From positions 1-31,120 of IMG/VR virus record IMGVR_UViG_3300037195_000145: a stretch of DNA of 31,120 bases; one strand, given 5' to 3'. The translations under genes were made by a program, and so were the position numbers. The notes below the pieces were generated by a model that saw nothing but the letters and a program-made list of their open reading frames with translations, searched no databases and was not told the origin of the DNA. The stretch is from a virus (lineage: Duplodnaviria; Caudoviricetes). Shown here piece by piece: positions 1 through 9,215 of this stretch; within the stretch, counting starts at the first letter, position 1; every line of letters starts with the position of its first letter.

Positions 1-134
1 GCCGCTTCTTGTATTGCTTTTTTGCCTAATGGTGAAGTTCTACCAGCTTCTAATGCGATTGCTTGATACTCCTGTATTTGCTTGTTCATCCTACGGATGT
101 TAACAGGACCTTCTTTTATTTCTTTGTTAAGACT
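1..134. repeat. Terminal direct overlap, left copy (matches 30987-31120)
   Basis: 132/134 identical to 30987-31120; mismatches at 78 T/31064 C and 102 A/31088 C. Confidence 0.97.
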
Positions 135-281
135 ATCGAATTGCTGCTCTAAAGTTTCTGCGCCTTGATCTGCTTGTTTAGTTGCCTTTGTTACACCTTT
201 AGTTGCTTTTTCTAAGTTGCCTAAATTAGTAACTGCTTTGCCTGTTTCAACGTTTACCTTTAATGTAATTTCCTCTGCCAT
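1..281 (-). CDS. 5' part of tape measure protein (continues across the circular join into 28781-30986)
   Basis: ATG at 281 (MAEEITLKVNVETGK...) is open and in frame with the 769-aa ORF; the joined protein is 828 aa. Confidence 0.85.
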   Translation of the reverse strand, partial: MAEEITLKVNVETGKAVTNLGNLEKATKGVTKATKQADQGAETLEQQFDSLNKEIKEGPVNIRRMNKQIQEYQAIALEAGRTSPLGKKAIQEA

Positions 282-283
282 TT

Positions 284-370
284 TTAATAAGTTTTATAAA
301 GAATATAATTTACACTATATATTTCATCTTGCGCATATAAGCCATATAAATTAAATGGTAAATAAGTCAT
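284..370 (-). CDS. Small hypothetical protein, 28 aa (MTYLPFNLYGLYAQDEIYSVNYILYKTY)
   Basis: Fills the gap between the stop at 373 and the tape measure ATG at 281, with 2-nt spacers on both sides. Confidence 0.55.
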   Translation of the reverse strand: MTYLPFNLYGLYAQDEIYSVNYILYKTY

Positions 371-372
371 AT

Positions 373-3261
373 TTATAAAATTATATAATTGTTTCCATCA
401 TACTGAACTGTAACTGTCGTGTTTAATATTGTTATGTTTTTAGTTGCTGCCCCGTCTATTGTTTCACTTCCAGCAGTTCTAAGCTGACAGTAATTTGATG
501 CTTCAATTAATTTAACATTCCATATCTTGCCAACCGTTGGGCCTGTTGGAAGGCCCAATATTACGTTTCCGCTTGTAGTATCTACTTCATAAGTTTTAAT
601 ACTTTCATCGGCAGCAGTTGAAGATGTTATAGATATTACACTTCCTTCGCCTATTAATTCACCGTTTAAATAAGTTACTCCGTCACTAATAACTGTTACA
701 CTATTAGTATTAATTAACGTTACATCGCTTAAACCAGACTGTACTGTATTGCTGTCGCCCTGTATAATTATATTATTAGCACCCGAAAAAACCTTGTTAC
801 TATTACCCGTTATATTTATTCCTGTTGCTGTTCTGTTTATATAGTTATTTTCACCCATAACTTTTTGTTCTAAACTCGCATAACTGTTACCAGCTTTTAA
901 TACATCACTTCCAGAACTAAATTTAGGCTCAGGCTTTCCAGCTATGTCCTGTATTGCACCCGTTGCTGTTGCTGTTGTAGGCGTAAATACATCTGCATCT
1001 TTGATCTTTAGAAACTCGCATTTAGTAACAGGGCTATCAGGGTTATAATTTTCTATTTTATTTAAACGAAAATAAGCACCATCAAAATAGTATTGGCTTC
1101 TAAACGATAGGCTTCTTATATCACCAGGACGTAAATAAAACCAGCCTTTAACTACTTTACTATTAACATCTGTTATTTCTTCAATAAACTTTTTATAGTA
1201 TTTATTATATAAGTTGTTATTATTCCAAGTAATTGTTTCATAAGTATTGTCCCAATATATCTCTTGTGTTAATCCAAAATTAATATCTACGGTAGGTGTA
1301 TAAGGCTCGTCATAATGACCAGCATAAGGATATTTCTTTTTACTTGTTGCACTACTGTCTTTGTGTTCCCATATTTGAGCAGTATCTAACATTCCGCCCC
1401 ATTGTAATATTCTAATATTGCTTTCTGTTCTTTGGGCCTTACCATCTTCGTCAGTTTTAATAATGCTCGGTATAATTCTATCGTTAGCTAATATTCCTTT
1501 GCTGGGCGTAGGGCTAAATATAATTTCAGTTTTATAAGTGTTTTTAACAAAGTCATTTGTGATGCCTTCCTTTTCTTGCCCGTAAATTTCATCCCAAGTC
1601 TTAGTATATAAATCATTATAATAATCTTTATCCGCTTTATAAGTAAATAAATAATCTTTACTATCTAAAGCACCCATCGGCAAATATTCAAGTTGTTTTG
1701 AAACATCTAATTTCTGCGACCAATCTTTAATGGTTGTATCATAAAAATCATCACGAGGTTCTATAAATACATTTTTGTCGTTTTGTGTATCAGACTGAAC
1801 ATATAAATTAAACATCTTTACAAGGCTCATAAAGAAATCTTTTTGCTTGATCTTTTTAGGAATAGTATTATTCATAGAAATAGTATTGCCTTCAACATAT
1901 CCGCTATTTACAACTTGATTAAAAAACTTTCCAGATATTAATTTTACTGTCGCTGTTCCGTCATACCAGGATGTTGATACTCCCTGAAATAAATTACCAG
2001 TCGTTGCGGATGTTCCAAAAATAGGGGCAAAATAGAAATTTCCATATACCGTAACTGTATCAGTAGCAGCGATATAAACATTTGTAGCCTGTAAAAAATA
2101 TTTATTCGGTGGGCTGTAATACCTTCCACCAGCACCTAAAAGAATTTTGTCAGGTGCTAAACTCATTCCATCCCTGTAATCAGTGTCAGGATATGTAGGC
2201 GAAGCTGCTGTTGTTCCTGTTGAACCTGAGCCAATAGTAGCCCCTAAAGTTATGCCGATACTATTTGTATCAATAGCACTTGAATTTTTCCTTAGTTCTA
2301 AAAACCCACCTAAAGCACAATAAGCTGTTGTAGTTTCACTTGCCCCCGTTGGGGCAAATTCTACATTTATTTCAACCTGTATATTAAAATTATAATAACC
2401 GCTTTCGGTTGCAGTAAATACGCCAGTAGTATCATTATAAACACCGCCAACATCTGCTACTTCATTTGTTAAAATTATCTTTTCTTCTTTGGGGTCTAAA
2501 TATAGTAAAGGGGTTGTTTCGTCTACCAAAAGGTTAGTTGTACCATTATCCCATTCAGCAGTGTTAGCTTCAAATATTCTATCTTCTATGTCTGTTTTAC
2601 TTAATGCAAAATCTCTTGTTGAACAAGGAATTATTAATGTTTTAAAAAAAGCACTATCTAAAAAGTCTGAAGTCCAAGTATAACCAGCGTCATTAAACAT
2701 AGTATCTAAATATTTATAAGCTGTAATTGCTGGAAAAAAATCCTGTATTGTCCAGTCACTCCAATCGTAATGCGTTCCGTAATCTATCATGGGGTAAACA
2801 TAATCTAAAGGCAAAGGCGTTCCCCACGTTGCTGCCTGTGTTGCTTTGTTATATGTATGATTTAATGCACTTAAATCTAAATCGGTTAATTCGCTGTCGC
2901 CTAATTCTTTTATAAAATCGCCCACCCTTCCGATAATAGTACATTGATAAATTACATCGTCATTATCTAATATGTCTATTTGCTTTAATTGTAGATAGCC
3001 GTCTAAACTTGTTTCGCCATCTACTAAATAAAGTACATCAGTTTTTAAATTAGGATTAAAAGTTTGTAGATCAATATTAACCTCAAAAATATGTTCGAAT
3101 TGTTTGTTTAGCTTTTTACTTCCAGGTAATTTAATTGTCTTGCTAAAGTCACTTTTTCGTGTATCGGGCTTAGCAATATCGGCAATATTAAAAGTAAGAT
3201 TTGGCCGTAAACTTTCAAGTAATTCAATACGTTCATTGTTAATATATAGTTCCTCTTTCAT
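373..3261 (-). CDS. Large tail tip / baseplate hub-like protein with C-terminal fibre-type domain
   Basis: 962 aa in the tail module; beta-rich T/G/S central insert, GxxN repeats and a VDTTSGNVILGLP...SETIDG C-terminus typical of tail fibre ends. Confidence 0.7.
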   Translation of the reverse strand: MKEELYINNERIELLESLRPNLTFNIADIAKPDTRKSDFSKTIKLPGSKKLNKQFEHIFEVNIDLQTFNPNLKTDVLYLVDGETSLDGYLQLKQIDILDNDDVIYQCTIIGRVGDFIKELGDSELTDLDLSALNHTYNKATQAATWGTPLPLDYVYPMIDYGTHYDWSDWTIQDFFPAITAYKYLDTMFNDAGYTWTSDFLDSAFFKTLIIPCSTRDFALSKTDIEDRIFEANTAEWDNGTTNLLVDETTPLLYLDPKEEKIILTNEVADVGGVYNDTTGVFTATESGYYNFNIQVEINVEFAPTGASETTTAYCALGGFLELRKNSSAIDTNSIGITLGATIGSGSTGTTAASPTYPDTDYRDGMSLAPDKILLGAGGRYYSPPNKYFLQATNVYIAATDTVTVYGNFYFAPIFGTSATTGNLFQGVSTSWYDGTATVKLISGKFFNQVVNSGYVEGNTISMNNTIPKKIKQKDFFMSLVKMFNLYVQSDTQNDKNVFIEPRDDFYDTTIKDWSQKLDVSKQLEYLPMGALDSKDYLFTYKADKDYYNDLYTKTWDEIYGQEKEGITNDFVKNTYKTEIIFSPTPSKGILANDRIIPSIIKTDEDGKAQRTESNIRILQWGGMLDTAQIWEHKDSSATSKKKYPYAGHYDEPYTPTVDINFGLTQEIYWDNTYETITWNNNNLYNKYYKKFIEEITDVNSKVVKGWFYLRPGDIRSLSFRSQYYFDGAYFRLNKIENYNPDSPVTKCEFLKIKDADVFTPTTATATGAIQDIAGKPEPKFSSGSDVLKAGNSYASLEQKVMGENNYINRTATGINITGNSNKVFSGANNIIIQGDSNTVQSGLSDVTLINTNSVTVISDGVTYLNGELIGEGSVISITSSTAADESIKTYEVDTTSGNVILGLPTGPTVGKIWNVKLIEASNYCQLRTAGSETIDGAATKNITILNTTVTVQYDGNNYIIL

Positions 3262-4542
3262 TTAAAATCTTTGTCTATAATTATCCATACTAAATTCTAA
3301 AGTAACTTCTAAGTTAAATACAGTATCCGCAGTACTTAATTTCTGTTCCCAATCACCCTCTATGTTTTGTATTGCTATACGGCTTCCGTTTTCGTGTAAG
3401 TAAATCTCAGGGCTTTCTATTAATTCAACAAGCCAGTTAAAAGTATCTACACTAATCCAGTCACTTGTTAGCTTCATCTTTGGCGTTCCTTTAGTATAAT
3501 ATTGCGTTTTTTCTTTATCACTTAAAGCGTAAGTAATAACACCTGAAGCCATATTATCAGCGTTTTGTTTAAAGTATTTGCGTTCAACCGTTTCGCTAAT
3601 ACGGCTAACTTTAGTAAAATTGAAACAATCAAACCCACCTAAAGAATTTAAAAATTCTAATCTCCTTGTTTCGTATCTACATTCAGAATCTACATTAAAC
3701 CAGATCTCCTCACTTACTACTGTAGAGATTGTATCTAATAATAGAATCCTATAAGATGCAACCGAACTTGAAATTATTGGTTGAACAGTAGCGAAACTAA
3801 ATTCAGTAGGATTAATGTTATTTATTGAGTTAGGAGCTGAAGGAATTTTCAGCATCTTTTTATCTGTCAACGAAGCAACATTATTATCTATTTGATAAGT
3901 AGCAATTAATACTCCAGAACTATTGTAGGTTGTATATTGAGCGTCTGTTACCGGATTCCCTGAATGGTCGTATAATAAATATACCCAACCTTCGTCTGTT
4001 AATTCAACACTTTGGTTATCTGACTTATTCGCTCCTGATCCTTTCGGTGCATTCGTTAACCATTTTCTGCTTATCGTATTATCTGTATAGTTTTGATAAT
4101 AATTCGTTACTTGCCAATCATAGAAATTAACAACACTCCCTCTGTAGTTTGGTAAGCTTCCATTGAATACAATTACTGTCTCTGTCTCTTGGTCTGCAAA
4201 TTGAGTTAATACTCCGGCAACATCATACTCCTCGCCAATCTTAATAGTAAATTCTTTATAACTTAATCCATTATCTGTAAATCCGTCAGCAGTAGTAGTT
4301 GTATTGATTACTCCCAAATTAGTAAATATATAACTCTCACATATCCCATGTATATCTGCTCTACCATAAGTGTTTGGGTCTGCTGGGACTTTAAGTCTTG
4401 CTATCTGCGAAGCTCCGTCATAAACATCGAATAAGTATTTAAACCTTGTATTTGCAGTAGCACCACTTTCAGCCACAAACTCAATAGGATCATATACAGT
4501 TCTGTAATTCTCTGGTATGTTTGGTACATTTGTTATTGCCAT
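3262..4542 (-). CDS. Structural tail protein (distal tail protein-like)
   Basis: 426 aa, beta-rich, FLNSLGGFD...SDWIS...LIESPEIY C-terminal motif, abuts the hub-like gene. Confidence 0.55.
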   Translation of the reverse strand: MAITNVPNIPENYRTVYDPIEFVAESGATANTRFKYLFDVYDGASQIARLKVPADPNTYGRADIHGICESYIFTNLGVINTTTTADGFTDNGLSYKEFTIKIGEEYDVAGVLTQFADQETETVIVFNGSLPNYRGSVVNFYDWQVTNYYQNYTDNTISRKWLTNAPKGSGANKSDNQSVELTDEGWVYLLYDHSGNPVTDAQYTTYNSSGVLIATYQIDNNVASLTDKKMLKIPSAPNSINNINPTEFSFATVQPIISSSVASYRILLLDTISTVVSEEIWFNVDSECRYETRRLEFLNSLGGFDCFNFTKVSRISETVERKYFKQNADNMASGVITYALSDKEKTQYYTKGTPKMKLTSDWISVDTFNWLVELIESPEIYLHENGSRIAIQNIEGDWEQKLSTADTVFNLEVTLEFSMDNYRQRF

Positions 4543-4544
4543 AT

Positions 4545-5132
4545 CTATTTCTTTTTAAATCCTTTTTTAAATTGCTTAGTAATATTTTTGCCTGTAACTG
4601 TGCTAAAGTCTTTTAAGTACTTATCCCAAATAGCACCCGTAAAAGTTTCTTCAACACAATTAGTATAAAAGAAACGTGGCTTTAATCCTTGAAACGCAAT
4701 AACATTTCTAACTATATATTCGTTAAGTCCTTTGCTTCTAGCCCAGTCCCTTATGTATTCTACTTTAGGACCACGTTTAAATTGAAAATCACTCTTAGGT
4801 GCTTTAAGTGTTGCTCTAAGATTTTTAGTGCCGTCTTTATATTCAGGTACACCTTTAACGCCCTGGTCCATAAATTTGTAGTAATCTTCTAAGTATAGCT
4901 CTGCTACTAATGTTGTTCCAAATAGCTTAACAGGCATCCGCATCTTATCCCTTAAATTGCCTTTATATACTAAGTTATCTTTATCTATTGTGGCCTGTAA
5001 GCAGCGTATCATTTCAGCAGCCAAATTGTTAAGTACCTCAACTAAAGAAGTAGGTTCTTCAATGACTTCTAAATCACTTAAATTAAAGTGTTCAGCACTT
5101 CCTAATAAACTTTCTAAATTATCATTTGCCAT
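4545..5132 (-). CDS. Putative neck / tail completion protein
   Basis: 195 aa; DYYKFMDQGVKG and G.KPRFF motifs reminiscent of HK97 gp10-like proteins; structural context. Confidence 0.45.
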   Translation of the reverse strand: MANDNLESLLGSAEHFNLSDLEVIEEPTSLVEVLNNLAAEMIRCLQATIDKDNLVYKGNLRDKMRMPVKLFGTTLVAELYLEDYYKFMDQGVKGVPEYKDGTKNLRATLKAPKSDFQFKRGPKVEYIRDWARSKGLNEYIVRNVIAFQGLKPRFFYTNCVEETFTGAIWDKYLKDFSTVTGKNITKQFKKGFKKK

Positions 5133-5410
5133 TATCTTCTGTGTTTATTCATAGCATCCCTATGTACTTGCGCTTCGTGCTTCTGCTTATCGCTGAAATA
5201 AGCTACTATGTTTAATCCCTTTATCACTTCGTACTTTTGTATTACATCCCATTTATCTATTCTACTATTAGTTAAATTATCAAGCGTTACCATCCAGCCC
5301 CAGCGTTCTATGAAGCCTTCATTTCTTGCTTCGCTTCTTTTATCTTCGCTGTCGCTTTCTGTATCAAATAAGTTTTTATATCCTGCGTTGAGTTTTCCAA
5401 GTGATGATAA
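5132..5410 (-). CDS. -1 frameshift extension of tail assembly chaperone (GT-like product, about 268 aa in total)
   Basis: 92 open codons in the -1 frame starting at the T9 run (5409-5417); the stop overlaps the next ATG (TAATG). Confidence 0.75.
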   Translation of the reverse strand, partial: LSSLGKLNAGYKNLFDTESDSEDKRSEARNEGFIERWGWMVTLDNLTNSRIDKWDVIQKYEVIKGLNIVAYFSDKQKHEAQVHRDAMNKHRR

Positions 5411-5937
5411 AAAAAAACACCTATCGGATATGCAATAGTTATAGGCATATTCTTATAAAAGTTTTCAGACGTTTCCCGTATTACTTCACCATCAATTTCT
5501 ATATCACGCCAACGCAAATACTTACGTTCAACAGGCCTACATATTGTAGTAAGTATCTTATGTAGATTGTTAAAAATTACATCTTCGTTTGTTGATGCGT
5601 CTTGTAGTAATTCCATAGCAGATATATATTCGCCAAATAGTAGCTTTCTTGCATCTAACTGAAATTCGTACCATTTGCCACCTACTTTAAATCTCTTAGC
5701 TTTTAACGTCTTAGGTAGTTCAGTTTCTAAAAACTTCATCTTTTTAATAAGATCGTTATACTGTTCTAAGGATATATCTTTTATTACTTCTTTTTTTTCG
5801 CCTGTAAGAACACATAAAATATTTATAATACGTTGTATAGGCTTCTGCTCTGTTTGTAGTACAGGGCGCAGATTAATATACTTTTCGAGTGTTATGTCGT
5901 CCCAAGTTGTAGGCAGTGTAAAAGTAATCTTCTTCAT
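5308..5937 (-). CDS. Putative tail assembly chaperone (G-like product)
   Basis: 209 aa with GGT GTT TTT TTT TAT slippery sequence at codons 173-177 and an overlapping open -1 frame. Confidence 0.7.
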   Translation of the reverse strand: MKKITFTLPTTWDDITLEKYINLRPVLQTEQKPIQRIINILCVLTGEKKEVIKDISLEQYNDLIKKMKFLETELPKTLKAKRFKVGGKWYEFQLDARKLLFGEYISAMELLQDASTNEDVIFNNLHKILTTICRPVERKYLRWRDIEIDGEVIRETSENFYKNMPITIAYPIGVFFYHHLENSTQDIKTYLIQKATAKIKEAKQEMKAS

Positions 5938-5946
5938 AATTAATAA

Positions 5947-5962
5947 ATGTGAAATAATTTAA
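5947..5962 (-). promoter_or_regulatory. Putative late promoter motif, copy 1 (TTAAATTATTTCACAT)
   Basis: 16-bp identity with 28138-28153; intergenic, just upstream of the tail module. Confidence 0.6.
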
Positions 5963-5987
5963 AAAAAACATAAACGCTAAAACTTTT

Positions 5988-7151
5988 TTAACGTATTGCA
6001 TACCAACCTCTATTATGTTTCTTTAAGTGTATTAGTGCAACGTATCTAAGTGCATCAAGTAAATGGTTGAACTTATCGACAGGCTTACCTACACGCTTAT
6101 TATTTTTGTCAACAGCCCACTTATAGTTTTTAATTTCTTTAATTAAGTTTAGTGAGCTGGTAGTAATAACCAGTTTATGACGTTTAATAATATCTATTCC
6201 GTTTTGGATACTGTCAGGTCCTTTAACTGCGCTTTTAGAATTGATATTCATACGATATAGTTCTTCCACAGATTTCGGCTCAGAACTGTCACAGATCACT
6301 TCAGTTCTATCTACAATAGGTTTAAGTCGTTCTGCTATGTCCTGGTTCGTTAGTCCGTTAGTATATAATATTTCATCTAAGTAAAGTGTATCATCGTGCT
6401 TATAAACGCCAATACAGGCAGTAGGGTCAACGCTATAACCAAAGTCTAAGCCATAGCTTATTAGCTTTGCATTGTTCGGTATTGTATCGCAGTATTCAAA
6501 TTGAGTATATACGTTGTCTTGACTTGAACCCTGAAGCCCTAAGCCATATATCTTCCAGTAATTTTCGTCTAAGTCTTTAAGGCGTTCTATTTCGTCTTTA
6601 ATACTTTGTTCTAAAAATGGATTATCTCGGTAGGTTGTTCTGTGAAATTCTGCATCGGGCCTGGTGATAACATCTTCATATATCCAGTGGTATTCGTCAG
6701 AAGGATTGTAGTCTATTATAATGCGCCCTGTTGTTCTGAATATCAACTGCTGCCAGTCGTCATAATTTAACTCGTTGCACTCATTAATAAAAAGTAAATC
6801 ACGCTTACGCCCTCTTACCTTTTGGCTTTGATCTAAGCTGATAAATTCTACTAAGTTGTTATATAGTAAATACTCTGAATTGCTTTTATTATGATAGTCA
6901 GGATTGTATATATTATGCTTCTTTAGTATATCTATGAAGTCCCGCATTACAGTAGCTCTAAGGGCTGGAAATGTCTTACGGCATATAGTTACAACCTTTT
7001 CACTATTCTGGTTGCAGAATACAGTTATAATCCATAGAAGTATGTTGTATGTTTTGCCTGATCTTGCACCGCCCTGTTCAACTATTATCTTTTTCTCAGA
7101 CTCTAGTAAGTGACGAAATACTTTATTTGTCTGTATCTTTGCTGTTATCAA
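5988..7151 (-). CDS. terL: Terminase large subunit (PBSX-type)
   Basis: Walker A QGGARSGKT, Walker B LFINE, DYNP coupling motif, nuclease motifs GLDFGY..DP and NHLLDALRY. Confidence 0.95.
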   Translation of the reverse strand: MITAKIQTNKVFRHLLESEKKIIVEQGGARSGKTYNILLWIITVFCNQNSEKVVTICRKTFPALRATVMRDFIDILKKHNIYNPDYHNKSNSEYLLYNNLVEFISLDQSQKVRGRKRDLLFINECNELNYDDWQQLIFRTTGRIIIDYNPSDEYHWIYEDVITRPDAEFHRTTYRDNPFLEQSIKDEIERLKDLDENYWKIYGLGLQGSSQDNVYTQFEYCDTIPNNAKLISYGLDFGYSVDPTACIGVYKHDDTLYLDEILYTNGLTNQDIAERLKPIVDRTEVICDSSEPKSVEELYRMNINSKSAVKGPDSIQNGIDIIKRHKLVITTSSLNLIKEIKNYKWAVDKNNKRVGKPVDKFNHLLDALRYVALIHLKKHNRGWYAIR

Positions 7152-7488
7152 TGATTTCTATTTTAAAAGCTGAAGGACCGCCCTCTATTGATAGCTCAGT
7201 TTTTTCAACATATCCACGCTTTTTTCCTTTGCACTTTAAATAGAATATCGTTGAGGTTGGATTACCACCCTGTATCTGCTTATGTAGTTGGCTTTCTGCA
7301 AAGTCTACGGCTATTTCGCCAATGCCATCTACTTCTTTTCTAAAGGCTTCATCGTCATTATACCAATCATAGAAAGTGCTTCTTGCTACGTCTACATTTT
7401 TACAGGCAGTAGTAACAACACCTAACGACTTTTCAAGTGCTTTAACTAATTTCTTTTTTAATATGTCCGACTTCGTAGGTTTAGGCAT
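7123..7488 (-). CDS. terS: Terminase small subunit
   Basis: HTH (ACKNVDVARSTFYDW), IFYLK..GK.RGY motif, directly upstream of terL. Confidence 0.8.
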   Translation of the reverse strand: MPKPTKSDILKKKLVKALEKSLGVVTTACKNVDVARSTFYDWYNDDEAFRKEVDGIGEIAVDFAESQLHKQIQGGNPTSTIFYLKCKGKKRGYVEKTELSIEGGPSAFKIEIIDNSKDTDK

Positions 7489-8617
7489 CTTGCATTTCTT
7501 TTACTTTATAAGGCTTACCATTTACTTTAACTTCTAAATCTTCATCAAGTTTCAACATCCTGTCTATTATTACTTGACAGTATTTATTATCAAGTTCCAT
7601 TCCGTAGCATTTTCTTTTGAGTTGATGTGCTGCTACCATAGTTGTACCACTTCCTAAAAATAAATCAAGTATTAATTTATCTGAATATGATAATAGTATT
7701 TCATTAAAGAAGTCAATCACCTTTGGGCAAGTATGTCCTCCCGTATCCTTTTGTTGCTTAACATTAAACTCAAACATATCATTTGCTCTTGCTTTTCTGT
7801 CAAACTTTCCCATAAATAATATAGGTTCACAAAGTCCTAAATTAGCAATCTTGCTGCCTGACATTTTATTCTTTGCATACCATACTGCAAACTCTGTTAT
7901 ATCAAAATTAGTATAATAGTATTTTAAATTCTGTTTACCTGTCGTTATTATTTGTTTATCTGAATTATTTATTAAGTTCCAAACATAGCTTATTATAAAG
8001 TCTGCATATTGTTCATCTGTTAAATTGTCTTGATGTGTTTCATATTTATATCCGATATTGTAAGGCGGGTCCGTCAATCCTAAATCTGCTTTATCTCCAT
8101 CCATTAGCTTTGCCACTTGGTCTGCATCTGTACTATCACCACACAATAACCTATGCTTTCCTATTTCTATTAAGTCCCCTAATACAATATCTGTTTCTAT
8201 TTCGTCAGGAATTTGGTAATTATCTTCTTCTGCTTCTAATTCTGTTTCAACATCAAAAGGTAATTCTAAGCCCCAATCTTCTAACTGTTCTTTATCCCAT
8301 TCATTAGCTAATACATCCCAATCCCAACTACCAAAACCTACGTTATCTTTAATAATAAATTCTTGTTGCTGTGCTGGTGTTAGATCACTTGCTTTGATAA
8401 TGGGTACTTCTTTTAGTCCCGCCTTTTGACAGGCTCTAAGGCGCATATTACCGCCTAATACTACCATATCGTCATTTACTACAATAGGCCTTATCTCTAA
8501 CATTTGCGGAAGTTCTTTTATTGACTTAACAAGTTGATTAAACTTTTCGTCTTTTATATAACGCGGATTATCTGCATTAACTTTTAAGTCTGATATTTTA
8601 GCTTTAATCGTTTTCAT
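7481..8617 (-). CDS. ParB/Srx-domain fused N4/N6 DNA methyltransferase
   Basis: N-terminal NPR...RPIVVN...GGNMRLRA ParB-like motif; HRLLCGDS, TDPPY, DLFLGSGTT; ATG at 8617 preferred over TTG at 8620. Confidence 0.9.
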   Translation of the reverse strand: MKTIKAKISDLKVNADNPRYIKDEKFNQLVKSIKELPQMLEIRPIVVNDDMVVLGGNMRLRACQKAGLKEVPIIKASDLTPAQQQEFIIKDNVGFGSWDWDVLANEWDKEQLEDWGLELPFDVETELEAEEDNYQIPDEIETDIVLGDLIEIGKHRLLCGDSTDADQVAKLMDGDKADLGLTDPPYNIGYKYETHQDNLTDEQYADFIISYVWNLINNSDKQIITTGKQNLKYYYTNFDITEFAVWYAKNKMSGSKIANLGLCEPILFMGKFDRKARANDMFEFNVKQQKDTGGHTCPKVIDFFNEILLSYSDKLILDLFLGSGTTMVAAHQLKRKCYGMELDNKYCQVIIDRMLKLDEDLEVKVNGKPYKVKEMQDA

Positions 8618-8783
8618 CAATGTAACAAAGATATAAAATATTAACGTCTGTATATTCTGCTATGTTTACTACGCCATTTATATTAAATTGTTCCTTTACT
8701 ACGCCACTTACTACGCTTTCATAATATAGCCCTTCAGCATCAATATAGTAATTATGTTCTATTTTAATTCTTTTTTTTGGCAT
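8604..8783 (-). CDS. Hypothetical protein, 59 aa (MPKKRIKIEHNYY...LCYIDEND)
   Basis: ATG at 8783 to TAA at 8604; fills the gap and overlaps both neighbours; below the ORF track cutoff. Confidence 0.65.
   Translation of the reverse strand: MPKKRIKIEHNYYIDAEGLYYESVVSGVVKEQFNINGVVNIAEYTDVNILYLCYIDEND
8626..8633 (-). promoter_or_regulatory. Bacteroidota sigma-A -7 element TATCTTTG
   Basis: Matches TAnnTTTG, 8 nt upstream of the ATG at 8617 that opens the MTase-terS-terL unit. Confidence 0.55.
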
Positions 8784-8997
8784 TTAAACTTATTGATTTT
8801 GGATTATTTTTGTCGTGCCAACCTATTAACATATTCATATAGTTTTTAAAACAAGTATTACACGCCCAACTAATAGATATTCTATTGTTAAGTGTTTTTA
8901 GTATCGGGTTAAAGTTTTCTTTTAGCCAGTTAATATCACATTCTCGCGGCAAGTGTTGCGATGTTTTATAGGTTTCTATTGCTTTTTCTATTGTCAT
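8764..8997 (-). CDS. Small CxxC protein
   Basis: 77 aa, ACNTC motif, coupled to the upstream gene. Confidence 0.7.
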   Translation of the reverse strand: MTIEKAIETYKTSQHLPRECDINWLKENFNPILKTLNNRISISWACNTCFKNYMNMLIGWHDKNNPKSISLNAKKKN

Positions 8998-9215
8998 AAA
9001 AGCTTACGTTCTATAATTCTTAAAAACAAAGGGGTGGCAAGAACTAACCACCACCCCCGAACAAAACAAACTAACATTATACTAATCCAAAAAGATAAGC
9101 AGAATGAACAATTAAAGGGCTTGAAGTCAAGTCTACCCTTTAACATAGGTAATATATAATCAACCCACGTAGTAACAAAAGTAATGATTAATATTATAAC
9201 TTTTATTTCACTCAT
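8994..9215 (-). CDS. Small membrane protein with KPFNCxxCLSFW motif (DUF1360-like)
   Basis: 73 aa, hydrophobic segments flanking a CxxC motif. Confidence 0.65.
   Translation of the reverse strand: MSEIKVIILIITFVTTWVDYILPMLKGRLDFKPFNCSFCLSFWISIMLVCFVRGWWLVLATPLFLRIIERKLL

Noticed and set aside
1-134. Biological direct terminal repeat (T7-like)
   Set aside because: The repeat falls in the middle of the tape measure gene and differs only at synonymous sites, so an assembly overlap of a circular or permuted genome is more likely
5287-5310. TAG readthrough or stop-codon recoding of the chaperone gene
   Set aside because: The zero frame hits TAA after six more codons, while the -1 frame explains the region; core genes are intact in the standard code
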